64,000 nucleotides of DNA from Eubacteriales bacterium (GTDB taxonomy: Bacteria > Bacillota > Clostridia > Christensenellales > CAG-138), in NCBI GenBank assembly GCA_028694155.1, contig JAQUTY010000007.1, positions 50,901 through 114,900 on the forward strand, written 5' to 3'. Below are positions 37,404 to 46,328 of this stretch, piece after piece (within the stretch, counting starts at the first letter, position 1; every line of letters starts with the position of its first letter). Below the pieces are notes generated by a model. It was not told where the DNA came from. It saw only the letters and a list, made by a program, of their open reading frames with translations, and made no database searches. The position numbers and the translations under genes are program-made.

Positions 37404-37432
37404 TTGACAAATTCGTTATTGTGGGGTACAAT
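37404..37432 (+). promoter_or_regulatory. sigma-A promoter of the TPP riboswitch / thiT unit
   Basis: TTGACA (37404-37409), 17 nt, TACAAT (37427-37432). Confidence 0.65.
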
Positions 37433-37436
37433 CTGT

Positions 37437-37556
37437 TCATCACAGGGGCGTCGAAATCGACTGAGAAGCACCCTTTGAACCTGTTGGGTAATGCCATCGT
37501 AGGAAGTGATAATCAGCTTTTCTAAGATTGAGGATGCCCACGGGCATTCTTTTTTC
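37437..37556 (+). promoter_or_regulatory. TPP (THI-box) riboswitch with terminator-type expression platform
   Basis: ACAGGGGCGUCGAAAUCGACUGAGAAGCACCCUUUGAACCUGUUGGGUAAUGCCAUCGUAGGAAGUG contains the conserved GGGG, CUGAGA, ACCCUUUGAACCUG, UAAUGCC and CGUAGGAA elements. It is followed by the hairpin ATGCC-CACG-GGCAT plus TCTTTTTTC (37533-37556). Confidence 0.88.
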
Positions 37557-37576
37557 ATTTGTAGGAGGTACTGATT

Positions 37577-38104
37577 ATGAAATACTCTATTAGATCACTC
37601 GTTGAAGGTGCGCTGTGCATCGCCATCGCCTTTGTTCTCAGCTACATCAAGCTGTGGCAAATGCCTTTGGGCGGCTCGGTAACGCTGTTCTCCATGCTGC
37701 CCTTGATGCTGTATGCCAACCGCTACGGCTGGAAGGCAGGAGTTCTGGCAGGTCTTGCCTACGGAATGCTCCAGTTCATTCAAAAGCCTGAGATAACGCA
37801 TTGGGTTCAGGTCATTTTGGACTACCCACTCGCATTTGCCGCCATAGGTCTTGCAGGTGTTACAAAGCAGATGCAGCTTGGCTGCATCATCGGCGGTCTG
37901 GGTCGTTTTGTCTGCCATTTTCTAACCGGTGCGACCTTCTTTGCCATTTACATGCCCGAAAACTTTTCAAATCCGTGGTTCTATTCACTCTGCTACAACG
38001 GAGCGTATCTGGGAATTGATATTGCGCTTTGCGTCTTGGCTTCCTTCCCCGTTTGTGTTATACTCAAAAAAGCAAATTTAGGAGGAACGCCGCGTGCGAA
38101 TTGA
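37577..38104 (+). CDS. thiT: energy-coupling-factor transporter S component for thiamine
   Basis: 175 aa with six hydrophobic segments. Typical ThiT N-terminus (...ALCIAIAFVLSYIKLWQMPLGGSVTL.SMLPL). Sits immediately behind the TPP riboswitch. GGAGG RBS. Confidence 0.85.
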   Translation: MKYSIRSLVEGALCIAIAFVLSYIKLWQMPLGGSVTLFSMLPLMLYANRYGWKAGVLAGLAYGMLQFIQKPEITHWVQVILDYPLAFAAIGLAGVTKQMQLGCIIGGLGRFVCHFLTGATFFAIYMPENFSNPWFYSLCYNGAYLGIDIALCVLASFPVCVILKKANLGGTPRAN

Positions 38105-38288
38105 CCGTTTTGAAGGCGAAGTTGCCATTATCGAGTTGGATTCTGATGTTTTTTTCGAATTGCCTCGTGCCGCCCTGCCACAAGAAGCGTCAGAGGGCGA
38201 TAAGCTCGTTATAATCGTAAACAAAGCCGAAACGATGGCAAAAAAAGAAGAGGTTCAAGCCAGACTGAACAGATTGTTCAAAAAATAG
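38094..38288 (+). CDS. DUF3006 domain protein
   Basis: 64 aa. GTG start 8 nt after GGAGG, overlapping the thiT 3' end by 11 nt. MRIDRFEGEVAIIELDSDVFFELPRAALP.EA.EGD fits my recollection of DUF3006. Confidence 0.6.
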   Translation: MRIDRFEGEVAIIELDSDVFFELPRAALPQEASEGDKLVIIVNKAETMAKKEEVQARLNRLFKK

Positions 38289-38312
38289 CCTAAGCCACTT
38301 ACAAAAAAGTTG

Positions 38313-38341
38313 TTGACACGACAAATTATATATGGTATATT
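38313..38341 (+). promoter_or_regulatory. sigma-A promoter of the T-box leader
   Basis: TTGACA (38313-38318), 17 nt, TGgTATATT (extended -10, 38333-38341). Confidence 0.6.
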
Positions 38342-38350
38342 ATCCGCAAT

Positions 38351-38607
38351 GGTTTTGACTCGGATGCCTAGTCGCGGATTGATTGTCTACAGAGAGCTCC
38401 CGTTTGGTGTGAGGGAGTGACGCACCGCAGATGAAATTACCTCCGAAGAGCCCACGGGTGAATGACGTTTTTGTCGGTAGCCTTGTGCGGGTCGCTCCCG
38501 TTACCGAGCGAGGCGATAATAGTCGCTGCTTGAGCCCGTTTATTCGGGGAAGAAAGGTGGTACCACGGCATAGCCCGTCCTTTCCATATTTGGAAGGACG
38601 GTTTTTT
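38351..38607 (+). promoter_or_regulatory. T-box riboswitch leader (tRNA-sensing antiterminator)
   Basis: Stem I elements are present: AGAGAG bulge, distal hairpin CUCCC-GUUUGGUGUGA-GGGAG, and specifier-loop candidate GAUGAAAUUACC. The T-box sequence is AGAAAGGUGGUACCACGG (38551-38568). The terminator is CCGUCCUUUCC-AUAUU-UGGAAGGACGG plus UUUUUU (38575-38607). Confidence 0.85.
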
Positions 38608-38638
38608 ATTGCAAAAAACTACATTGGAGGAACATAAA

Positions 38639-39631
38639 ATGAAACGCATCATCACTATTACACTGGCACTTATCATCGCTCTTGCGCTCGCGCTTGCTTG
38701 CTTTGGCTGCAAGAAGGGCAGCACCGATGCAGAGCAGGCCGGCAAAAGCATTCATGTGGGCATTCTTCAACTGACCTCGCACGCTGCTTTGGACGCAGCA
38801 AGCGAAGGCTTCATCAAAGCCCTTGCCGACAACGGCTTTGTAGATGGTCAAAATGGCTTTTCGATAGATTTTCAGAACGCACAGAACGACCAGTCGAACC
38901 TGTCAACAATCTCTGACCGCTTTGTTAGCGCAAATTGCGACCTAGTGCTCTGCGTAGGCACTCCTGCCGTTCAGGCTATGGCGGGCAAGACCACGGAGAT
39001 TCCGATTCTTGGCACTGCCGTAACTGACTTTGAGTCTGCTAATTTGGTGGATTCAAACGAGCTTCCGGGCGGTAACGTATCCGGCACAACGGATATGAAT
39101 CCCATCAAGGAGCAGATTGAACTGTTGACCCAGCTTGCTCCCGATGCCAAAACAATCGGCTGCATCTATAACGGCGGTGAGGACAACTCCATTTTGCAGG
39201 CAAATATCGCAAAGTCGGAGATTGAATCGCTTGGGCTTGAGTACATTGAAGTCACCGTAACCTCCACAAACGACGTTCAGCAGGCAATGCAGAACCTTGT
39301 TGGCAGATGCGATGCAATCTATATTCCCACAGACAACACCGTTGCTTCTGCTATGCCCATCGTATCTGACGTAGCAAACGGAGCAAAAATTCCAGTTATC
39401 TGCGGCGAGAGCAACATGGTTGCTGCCGGCGGTCTTGCGACCCTTGGAATTAACTACTACAACCTTGGCTACCAGACGGGCAAGATGGCGGTTCGTATCC
39501 TAGTTGACGGCGCAGACATATCCACAATGCCGATTGAGTCGCTTGAGAACATGGACTATGCCATTAACGCTGAGGTGGTCGATCTGCTAGGCATCACCAT
39601 ACCTGAGGCACTGCAACAATTTGTAGGATAA
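38639..39631 (+). CDS. ABC transporter substrate-binding lipoprotein (ABC_sub_bind / TrpX-HisX-type family)
   Basis: The ATG at 38639 lies 8 nt after GGAGG and begins MKRIITITLALIIALALALACFGCKKG (lipobox). It continues with VGILQL.SH.ALD.A..GF. The 10-aa extension in the track is discarded. Confidence 0.8.
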   Translation: MKRIITITLALIIALALALACFGCKKGSTDAEQAGKSIHVGILQLTSHAALDAASEGFIKALADNGFVDGQNGFSIDFQNAQNDQSNLSTISDRFVSANCDLVLCVGTPAVQAMAGKTTEIPILGTAVTDFESANLVDSNELPGGNVSGTTDMNPIKEQIELLTQLAPDAKTIGCIYNGGEDNSILQANIAKSEIESLGLEYIEVTVTSTNDVQQAMQNLVGRCDAIYIPTDNTVASAMPIVSDVANGAKIPVICGESNMVAAGGLATLGINYYNLGYQTGKMAVRILVDGADISTMPIESLENMDYAINAEVVDLLGITIPEALQQFVG

Positions 39632-39640
39632 GGGCTGGAT

Positions 39641-40540
39641 ATGCTTAACGAATTTTTAAGTGCAATATCTTTGGGGCTGCTGTGGACGCTGATGACCTTT
39701 GGCGTCTACTTCAGCTACCGCATACTGGATATAGCAGACCTTACCGCAGAGGGCAGTCTCACCATGGGTGCCGCCATCGCTGCTATCTGCATCGTCAACG
39801 GCGTTAATCCCTTCGTTGCGCTGCTGCTCGCTCTTATTGGCGGAATGCTCGCAGGATTGGTGACAGGACTTTTGCACACGGTTTTGAAAATACCTGCTCT
39901 TCTTTCGGGAATACTCACCATGATTGCGCTATGGTCAATCAATCTTCGCATCATGGGCAAGGCAAACATACCCCTGCTCAGGGTTGATACCGTGTTTTCA
40001 ATCTTTTCGGATTTGACCGGCATATCAAAGAACTATTCCGTCCTCATCATAGGCTTCCTCTTTGTGGTGGCAGCAGGTCTGATAATCTATCGCTTCTTGG
40101 GTACGGAAATCGGCTGTGCGCTTAGGGCAACGGGCTGCAACGGCGGTATGGCAAGAGCGCAAGGCGTCAACACGGATTTGATGAAAATTCTGGGGCTCAT
40201 GATAGGCAACGGTCTTATCGCACTGTCCGGTGGGCTAATCGCTCAAAGTCAAGCCTTTGCAGACATTCAGATGGGTACGGGCGCAATCGTCATAGGGCTT
40301 GCCTCCCTCATCATCGGAGAAGTGCTTTTCGGACGTTCGACCGTGTCAAAAGCGATGATTGCTGTCGTTGCAGGCTCGGTGATATACCGCCTGATAATTG
40401 CATTGGTATTGAAGCTGGGTATGCCTGCAAACGATTTGAAGCTGTTCACAGCCATCACGGTTGCCATCTGCCTCTGGCTGCCGTCTATCAGATCAAAACT
40501 TGCGCAAAGAAGCAAAAAGGGAGGTCGTAATCATGCTTGA
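39641..40540 (+). CDS. ABC transporter permease
   Basis: 299 aa, polytopic. Located between the binding-protein and ATPase genes. Confidence 0.85.
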   Translation: MLNEFLSAISLGLLWTLMTFGVYFSYRILDIADLTAEGSLTMGAAIAAICIVNGVNPFVALLLALIGGMLAGLVTGLLHTVLKIPALLSGILTMIALWSINLRIMGKANIPLLRVDTVFSIFSDLTGISKNYSVLIIGFLFVVAAGLIIYRFLGTEIGCALRATGCNGGMARAQGVNTDLMKILGLMIGNGLIALSGGLIAQSQAFADIQMGTGAIVIGLASLIIGEVLFGRSTVSKAMIAVVAGSVIYRLIIALVLKLGMPANDLKLFTAITVAICLWLPSIRSKLAQRSKKGGRNHA

Positions 40541-41324
40541 TATTTCTGCATTGAATGTAGTCTTTAACCGTGGCACCGTAAACGAAAAGCAGGTGTTGGA
40601 CGATGTTACTATGCACCTCGATAAGGGCGACTTTGTGACAATCATCGGCGGAAACGGAGCAGGAAAATCCACTCTTTTGAACTGTGTGTCGGGCAGTATA
40701 CGTCCCACCTCCGGCAGCATCTCCATAGATGGCAAGAACATCACCAACCTTCCCGAGCACAAGCGTGCCGCATTTTTGGGCAGGGTATTCCAGGATCCCT
40801 TGATGGGTACGGCAGGCGATATGTGGCTTGAGGAGAACATGGCGATGGCTTATAGAAGAGACAAACGCCGCACGCTTGCCATGGGCATCAAGCCCAAGGA
40901 ACGGGCGTTCTATATCGAACAGCTAAAGATACTTGATTTAGGTCTTGAGACACGGCTGCAAACGAGTGTGAAGCTGCTCTCGGGCGGACAGCGTCAAGCT
41001 CTGACGCTGCTGATGGCAACTATGAAGAATCCTAAGGTGCTTCTGCTGGATGAACACACCGCTGCTCTGGATCCCAAAACTGCAGCAAAGGTGCTTAAAC
41101 TATCCGATAAGCTCATTAGTGAGAATAATCTGACCACGCTGATGGTTACGCACAATATGCGTGACGCAATCGCTCACGGAAACAGGCTCATAATGATGCA
41201 GGGCGGACACATTGTTCTGGATATAAAAGGCGAGCAGAAGCGGCAGCTCACCGTAGAATCACTGTTGGATATGTTTGCAAAAAGAAGCGGTACAAATGAG
41301 GTGAGCGACAAGCTGGTACTGTAA
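40533..41324 (+). CDS. ABC transporter ATP-binding protein
   Basis: The ATG at 40533 follows GGGAGG. Walker A GGNGAGKST, signature LSGGQRQ, Walker B LLLDEHTAALD. It overlaps the permease stop. Confidence 0.9.
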   Translation: MLDISALNVVFNRGTVNEKQVLDDVTMHLDKGDFVTIIGGNGAGKSTLLNCVSGSIRPTSGSISIDGKNITNLPEHKRAAFLGRVFQDPLMGTAGDMWLEENMAMAYRRDKRRTLAMGIKPKERAFYIEQLKILDLGLETRLQTSVKLLSGGQRQALTLLMATMKNPKVLLLDEHTAALDPKTAAKVLKLSDKLISENNLTTLMVTHNMRDAIAHGNRLIMMQGGHIVLDIKGEQKRQLTVESLLDMFAKRSGTNEVSDKLVL

Positions 41325-41393
41325 GGCAATTATAAGTGATTGCCCTGATGAATAAGCACCGTGGAACACACCCCCAGTTCTGCGGTCTTATAT

Positions 41394-41426
41394 AAAAGAG
41401 GACCGCCAATAACAGTCCTCTTTTTG
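41394..41426. terminator. bidirectional intrinsic terminator between convergent units
   Basis: AAAGAGGAC, an 11-nt loop, GTCCTCTTT, with T-runs on both strands. Confidence 0.7.
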
Positions 41427-41437
41427 TTATAGTGATT

Positions 41438-42217
41438 TTAGAATCCTCGTCCGCTGCCTCCGCCGCCGAAGCCTCCACCTCCGCCGCTAAAGCCGCCGCC
41501 TCCGCCGAAGCCGCCGCCACGTCCTCCTCTGCCTCTTCCGCCAAAGAACAACAGAGCTGCTGCCCCTCGTCCTCCTCGTTTGAGGGAGACACTAATAAAA
41601 ATGATTAACAATGCTGCTCCTACCAGCAGGGAAATGATATCCTTTACTGTTAAATCCTCATCGACCGTTTGGGAAGAAGCGATTGCATTTTCGATATCCT
41701 GCGGAGTTTCAATGCCGTACTTCTGGTAAATAATTGCGGCTATGTGCGTGTATCCTGCAAGCATACCGTCTGAATAATCATCATTTTTAAGGTACGGCGT
41801 CATTACTCCGTCCTGTATGCGTCCCGATTGTGCATTTGTAATGGCACCCGTCAATCCTTCGCCAACCTCGATTGAATACTGTCTGTCCTCTACGGCAAGA
41901 AATATCAATACGCCATTGTCCAGCTCTTTATCGCCGATGCCCCATCGTGTAGCAAGATCGTACGCCCTGTCACGAAGGTCGCCGCCCTCAAGACTATTTA
42001 CCGTGACAACAACAATCTGTGCCTTGGTCGCAGATTGCAGCGCAGCACCCATTGCTGACATTTGAGTCTCGGCTTCATCAGAAATTACATTGGCAAAATC
42101 GTTGACAAAGAATGCGTCCGTAGGCTCAAGCGTATCGAAATAGTCGGTCGTGCTTGAGCAGGCGCACATCAGTAAGATTATTGTCAGCAGCAACAGCGCC
42201 GCAAGACGCTTTCTCAT
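41438..42217 (-). CDS. TPM domain-containing protein (YgcG-like) with C-terminal TM segment and Gly-rich tail
   Basis: 259 aa. Signal/lipobox LLMCACSS, TPM-type core (FVNDFANVIS...QIVVVTV.SL), and a tail GGRGRGGRGGGFGGGGGFSGGGGGFGGGGSGRGF. Confidence 0.75.
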   Translation of the reverse strand: MRKRLAALLLLTIILLMCACSSTTDYFDTLEPTDAFFVNDFANVISDEAETQMSAMGAALQSATKAQIVVVTVNSLEGGDLRDRAYDLATRWGIGDKELDNGVLIFLAVEDRQYSIEVGEGLTGAITNAQSGRIQDGVMTPYLKNDDYSDGMLAGYTHIAAIIYQKYGIETPQDIENAIASSQTVDEDLTVKDIISLLVGAALLIIFISVSLKRGGRGAAALLFFGGRGRGGRGGGFGGGGGFSGGGGGFGGGGSGRGF

Positions 42218-42220
42218 CTA

Positions 42221-42817
42221 TCAATCTCCAAAGTCTACAACCGGCACATCCAAAGAACCTGCGCTCGCCTCAAAATAATCGACCTTCTCCATTCCCATTA
42301 TCCCTGCAAAAATGACCCCGGGAAAACGGCGAATCTTTGAGTTGAACGCCTGAGCAGCCTCATTGTACTTGGTGCGCGATCTCTTTATCTCGTTCTCTGT
42401 TCCCGAAAGCTCGTCTTGAAGTGCAATGAAGTTTTCATTCGACTTCAGCTCGGGATAAGCCTCTGAAATTGCCAGCAGTCTTGAAATGGCACTGTCCATC
42501 TGCTGGCTTGCATCGTTCATCTCTGCAACCGTGCCTGCGCTCATCATTGCAGCTCTTGCATCGGCTATGGCAGTGAAAATCTCCTCCTCGTGCTGGGCAT
42601 AAGCCTTGACCGTGGATACAAGATTGGGAATTAAATCCGCACGACGCTGCAAATCAACCTGCACGTTGGACTTCATGCTCTCAACATTCTCCTGCGAGTC
42701 AATCAGCCCGTTGCAGCTAGATATGCTGACAATGACCAAAATCAAAATGACAGCAGCCACTATTGCTAGTATTGTTAAACCTGTTTTACCTTTCATATTG
42801 TCCTTCCTTTCATACAA
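42221..42817 (-). CDS. LemA family protein
   Basis: 198 aa. N-terminal TM segment, then ...QVDLQRRADLIPNLV.TVK.YA.HE......A.ARA...YPELK....F..LQ.EL.GTEN.I...R..YN. Forms the classic LemA-TPM pairing. Confidence 0.85.
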   Translation of the reverse strand: MYERKDNMKGKTGLTILAIVAAVILILVIVSISSCNGLIDSQENVESMKSNVQVDLQRRADLIPNLVSTVKAYAQHEEEIFTAIADARAAMMSAGTVAEMNDASQQMDSAISRLLAISEAYPELKSNENFIALQDELSGTENEIKRSRTKYNEAAQAFNSKIRRFPGVIFAGIMGMEKVDYFEASAGSLDVPVVDFGD

Positions 42818-42867
42818 GAAACTGCGCGGACGCAGTTTCGTGTTCGTATCAATGATTCTCTATACAA

Positions 42868-43512
42868 TCAGCTCACTTGCGTATAGCCGAACAACGTATC
42901 AAATGATGCAATGTCGGTGTAATCCAGACTGCCTGCCGCAAGCACAAAATTGTTTATGTCGGGCGACACCGTAACATACAGCAGCATATACATGCGCACT
43001 CCGTCATTATCTGTCTCGGCAAGCGCCCTTATGGCAGGATAGCCTGCTATGGTGGCGTTCGCATCGGACTTGGTGACCTGAATGTCCGCATCTGCAATCA
43101 ACCCCGACAAAATCGAATTAACCTGCTCCTGCGTCAGCCCACTCTCTGCGGTGACCGTGGGAACCTGAATATTGTTGCGCATAGATATGATGGTTCCAGA
43201 GTCGATATAATATTCATTGGATATTGCCGTGAAAGTTCCGCTGAGTTCGGACGCTGTCCACTCTTGCGGAATGTATATCGTAAGTCCTGAAAATGCAACG
43301 GGCTTTGATGCAATCGAGGGCTGGGCAGTTGACGGCGATGCGCTCGGATCGGCAGCAGTCATCACATCCAAATCGGATTGCGTTGGCTCCTGCGTAGGCT
43401 CCAAGGACTGCTCTTGCGTCTGATCCTGCTCCAATTGCTCGTCCTTACTTTTGCAAGCAACGATGCTAAGCACAAGGCAGGCTGCCAAAATGATGGCTAA
43501 AAATTTTCTCAT
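42868..43512 (-). CDS. hypothetical lipoprotein
   Basis: 214 aa. MRKFLAIILAACLVLSIVACKSK (lipobox), a Q/E/T/P-rich linker, then a globular domain with no motif I recognise. Confidence 0.6.
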   Translation of the reverse strand: MRKFLAIILAACLVLSIVACKSKDEQLEQDQTQEQSLEPTQEPTQSDLDVMTAADPSASPSTAQPSIASKPVAFSGLTIYIPQEWTASELSGTFTAISNEYYIDSGTIISMRNNIQVPTVTAESGLTQEQVNSILSGLIADADIQVTKSDANATIAGYPAIRALAETDNDGVRMYMLLYVTVSPDINNFVLAAGSLDYTDIASFDTLFGYTQVS

Positions 43513-43532
43513 ACGTCCTCCTTATTCAAAGG

Positions 43533-44081
43533 CTACGGCGTTGGCGTGCCAAACAAATCTTCAAATGTTACGACGGTTGCGCCATCCTCATTCCAATCAT
43601 CACTCCAGCCATCACTTGATGATGGCAGCCCAACCTCGCCGTTTGGATCGTCAGTCGCCTGTGCAGTTGAAGTTGGCACTACGGTTGGAGCTGCTGTCTC
43701 CTTGGCAGGCGCAACTGTCTGCGTAGGTGCATTCGATGCACTGGGCGGTGCTGTTGGAGAATCGGGATAGGCTTCGGGGTTGGAATAGACGACCTGCGCA
43801 TCTTGGGGGATAACGCTGATGGTATCCAGCTCGTGCCACTGATCATTCTCATAGTAGCCTACAATAGCATCGGGCGGCAACTCTGTACCTTCCGCGATTT
43901 CAACCAGCTCATAAACGGTCTGACCCGCCTCGTTAGTCGTCTGTATCGCATACGCCTTTTTCGCTTCATCGCCACGCTTGCCGATAAACACGATGAGCAA
44001 CACAACCAACGCCAAAAGCACTATGCCAAGTGCGATGACGCCAATCCATTTTTTATCTATGGCGAACTTATTCGTCTCCAT
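43533..44081 (-). CDS. hypothetical single-pass membrane protein with Pro/Thr/Ala-rich region
   Basis: 182 aa. TM segment WIGVIALGIVLLALVVLLIVFIG. Coding looks consistent and there is a good RBS (GAGGAG). Confidence 0.55.
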   Translation of the reverse strand: METNKFAIDKKWIGVIALGIVLLALVVLLIVFIGKRGDEAKKAYAIQTTNEAGQTVYELVEIAEGTELPPDAIVGYYENDQWHELDTISVIPQDAQVVYSNPEAYPDSPTAPPSASNAPTQTVAPAKETAAPTVVPTSTAQATDDPNGEVGLPSSSDGWSDDWNEDGATVVTFEDLFGTPTP

Positions 44082-44212
44082 AACATACTCCTCGCTACTT
44101 TATTCAAGACATAATACCATACATTCAAAAAAAGTGCAAATTGTAATTGCAACAAAGGTGTAACATGAGCGTGAATTTGAACACTCCAAATACCTAAACG
44201 TATGAAGATTGG

Positions 44213-45259
44213 CTACGGGTTGACCTCAGTTGGCACAAGGTATATGACATCACGCAGGTTACGATTGCCCGTGGGACTGTTCACCAACTTGTCATGGTAT
44301 AGCAGTCGAACCGTCTCACCGCCGTCAAGATTGTATGCGGCCCGACAGCCAAGGTCATACATGAGCTTTGACAGTTCAATCAGCGTCATTCCCTGCGAGT
44401 ATCCAGACTGTCTGCCGTCCACAAGCACCAAGCAATAATGCCCTGGCTCGTAGTAACCAATAGCGGCTCTGGGATTTCTCGCGCTGATGGAATCGGGAAG
44501 GTTGAACTCTCGCATGGGCGCACCAACCGAATCGAGAAGCATCGGCCCGAAGCTCCAAGTCTGCCAAGGTTCTTTCTGCAAAATCGCATCAACATATGTG
44601 TCCTGAGGCGAATAGCACTGCATCGTGCCGTCCTTATACAGCACGCAGGCGTCCCATTTGTCAATAATTTTGGTGCGCAGCACCTCGCCGTTTCGCACGA
44701 TAAGTCCGCCCGAACGTGTCTCAACGGAATCGCCCGAAATTGCCAAAAGTGCGCCTAGCTCCTTGGATATGGACGTTGCCGATGCCGTTCTGTTGCCGAA
44801 CGATCCGCCTGCAAAATAGGTGCGCAGGCACTCGATATTCTGAACGAAAATATCAACCACAAAGTAGGTCAGCGGGTCTCCTGTTCGCCTATCGTCTGCA
44901 ACCTTTGTAATGGTGATGTCTATATCCTTGCTCTTGAATGAATTCTTTTTGTCTACTATGTCGCCATCGGTAAATCTGCCTTCAAAGCGTGTTCCGCACA
45001 GTCCGTAGGGCGTTGGCGTTGGCTCCTCTGTCGGCTCTGCCGTGGGGGTTGGAATTGGCGTAGGTATGGGGGTAGGCTCTGCCGAATAGTCCATGGAATA
45101 CACAAGTGTTTCAAGCTCTGTTGGGGTCGGCATCTGTGTATTTTGAGGTGCAGTAGTATCTGTTGCCGATGGCACGCTTGAGGATACGGGCTCGCCATTG
45201 CCACATGACGCCGCAAAAAGAATTATCAATGCTGATATAAGTATGACGCCCCGTTTCAT
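44213..45259 (-). CDS. phosphodiester glycosidase (NAGPA-type) family lipoprotein, paralogue 1
   Basis: 348 aa. Lipobox LFAASCG and linker PTPIPTPIPTPTAEPTEEPTPTP. Core: LAISGDS...GLIVRNGEV...PRAAIGYYEPGHYCLVLVDGRQSGYS.GMTL.ELS.LMYDLGC.AAYNLDGG. Confidence 0.75.
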   Translation of the reverse strand: MKRGVILISALIILFAASCGNGEPVSSSVPSATDTTAPQNTQMPTPTELETLVYSMDYSAEPTPIPTPIPTPTAEPTEEPTPTPYGLCGTRFEGRFTDGDIVDKKNSFKSKDIDITITKVADDRRTGDPLTYFVVDIFVQNIECLRTYFAGGSFGNRTASATSISKELGALLAISGDSVETRSGGLIVRNGEVLRTKIIDKWDACVLYKDGTMQCYSPQDTYVDAILQKEPWQTWSFGPMLLDSVGAPMREFNLPDSISARNPRAAIGYYEPGHYCLVLVDGRQSGYSQGMTLIELSKLMYDLGCRAAYNLDGGETVRLLYHDKLVNSPTGNRNLRDVIYLVPTEVNP

Positions 45260-45316
45260 TGCTGCCCCTCAAGTAATCTCAACCTCAATATACCACACGG
45301 CAAGCGCACATTCAAG

Positions 45317-46321
45317 CTATCCTTCGGCTTGAATGTAAATTATGTCGCTGACTACTCTTGATGAGCTGGTGGGATTGTTGTATATAGCCCCATTCCAAAA
45401 TAAACGTGCTGATCCGCCGCCATCGAGGTTGTATGCTGCCGTGCAGCCCAAATCATATGCAAGCTGAGACAGGTCTGAAAGCTTCAGGCCCTCCGAATAG
45501 CCCTCACGTCTGCCGTCAACAACTATAAAGCAGTAGTGACCCGGCTCATAATAACCTATTGCACAGCGAGGATTGCCCCCTCCTAGCGAGGAGTTGAACT
45601 TGGTCTTGACGTTGCCATCTTGATCTAAAAGCGCAGGCCCGAACGACCACGCCTGCCACGGATCACGTTCCATTATCGCGTCAAGACTATACCCGCCCGA
45701 TAGATAAGTCTCCATAGTTCCGTCTCTGTACAGAACGCAGATGTCCTCACCTTCATGCGGAGTCTTTCGATACAGCTCGCCATTTCTTATCACGATTCCC
45801 TGCTTATGGAAGCAGTAGTAATCTCCCGAAATCGCTAATATCGCATTATGGTCAACGGCAATATCTTCAACATGTCCGGTGTAGTTCTTTGTAAAATCGT
45901 CACGAGCAGCAGCCGTCTTGATGCTTGTCACATCCTGCACATAAATATCGACAACAAAATATGCGACCAAATTTGAATAGGTTTCCGTATCCGATACCGA
46001 CCTAACCTCAAAGGAAATGTTCTTGCTCTTGTACGACACATCGGTCATCTCGCCACCATCATCCGAAAATTTATCGGGATACCTTCCGCCACAAATTCCA
46101 TCAGGGGTGGGTGTTGGTTCAGCAGTTGGCGTAGGTGTCGGCATGGGAGTAGGCGCAGGCGTTGTCGTCTGTAAAATAATTACCTCCGAAGTAGGTATAG
46201 ATGTGTTTGATGCCACTTTGTCTGCTGATTCCCCGTTTTCACCGCATGAAGTGATGAACAGAAAAACACAGATGGCAATAAACAACAGACCCAATACTCG
46301 ATAATGAATATTTCTTTTCAC
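45317..46321 (-). CDS. phosphodiester glycosidase (NAGPA-type) family lipoprotein, paralogue 2
   Basis: 334 aa. Lipobox FITSCG and linker TPAPTPMPTPTPTAEPTPTP. Core: ILAISGDYY...PRCAIGYYEPGHYCFIVVDGRREGYSEGL...AYNLDGGGSA. Confidence 0.75.
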   Translation of the reverse strand: MKRNIHYRVLGLLFIAICVFLFITSCGENGESADKVASNTSIPTSEVIILQTTTPAPTPMPTPTPTAEPTPTPDGICGGRYPDKFSDDGGEMTDVSYKSKNISFEVRSVSDTETYSNLVAYFVVDIYVQDVTSIKTAAARDDFTKNYTGHVEDIAVDHNAILAISGDYYCFHKQGIVIRNGELYRKTPHEGEDICVLYRDGTMETYLSGGYSLDAIMERDPWQAWSFGPALLDQDGNVKTKFNSSLGGGNPRCAIGYYEPGHYCFIVVDGRREGYSEGLKLSDLSQLAYDLGCTAAYNLDGGGSARLFWNGAIYNNPTSSSRVVSDIIYIQAEG

Positions 46322-46328
46322 GGCTTAT

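Noticed and set aside
37346-37558. 70-aa minus-strand ORF in the thiT upstream region
   Set aside because: It overlaps both back-to-back promoters and lies antisense to the TPP riboswitch. It has no RBS.
41441-41540. GC-rich triplet repeat (GCCGCC/TCCGCC units) that could be taken for a tandem repeat or CRISPR-like element
   Set aside because: It is in frame and encodes the Gly/Arg-rich C-terminal tail typical of TPM/YgcG proteins. There is no spacer-repeat periodicity.
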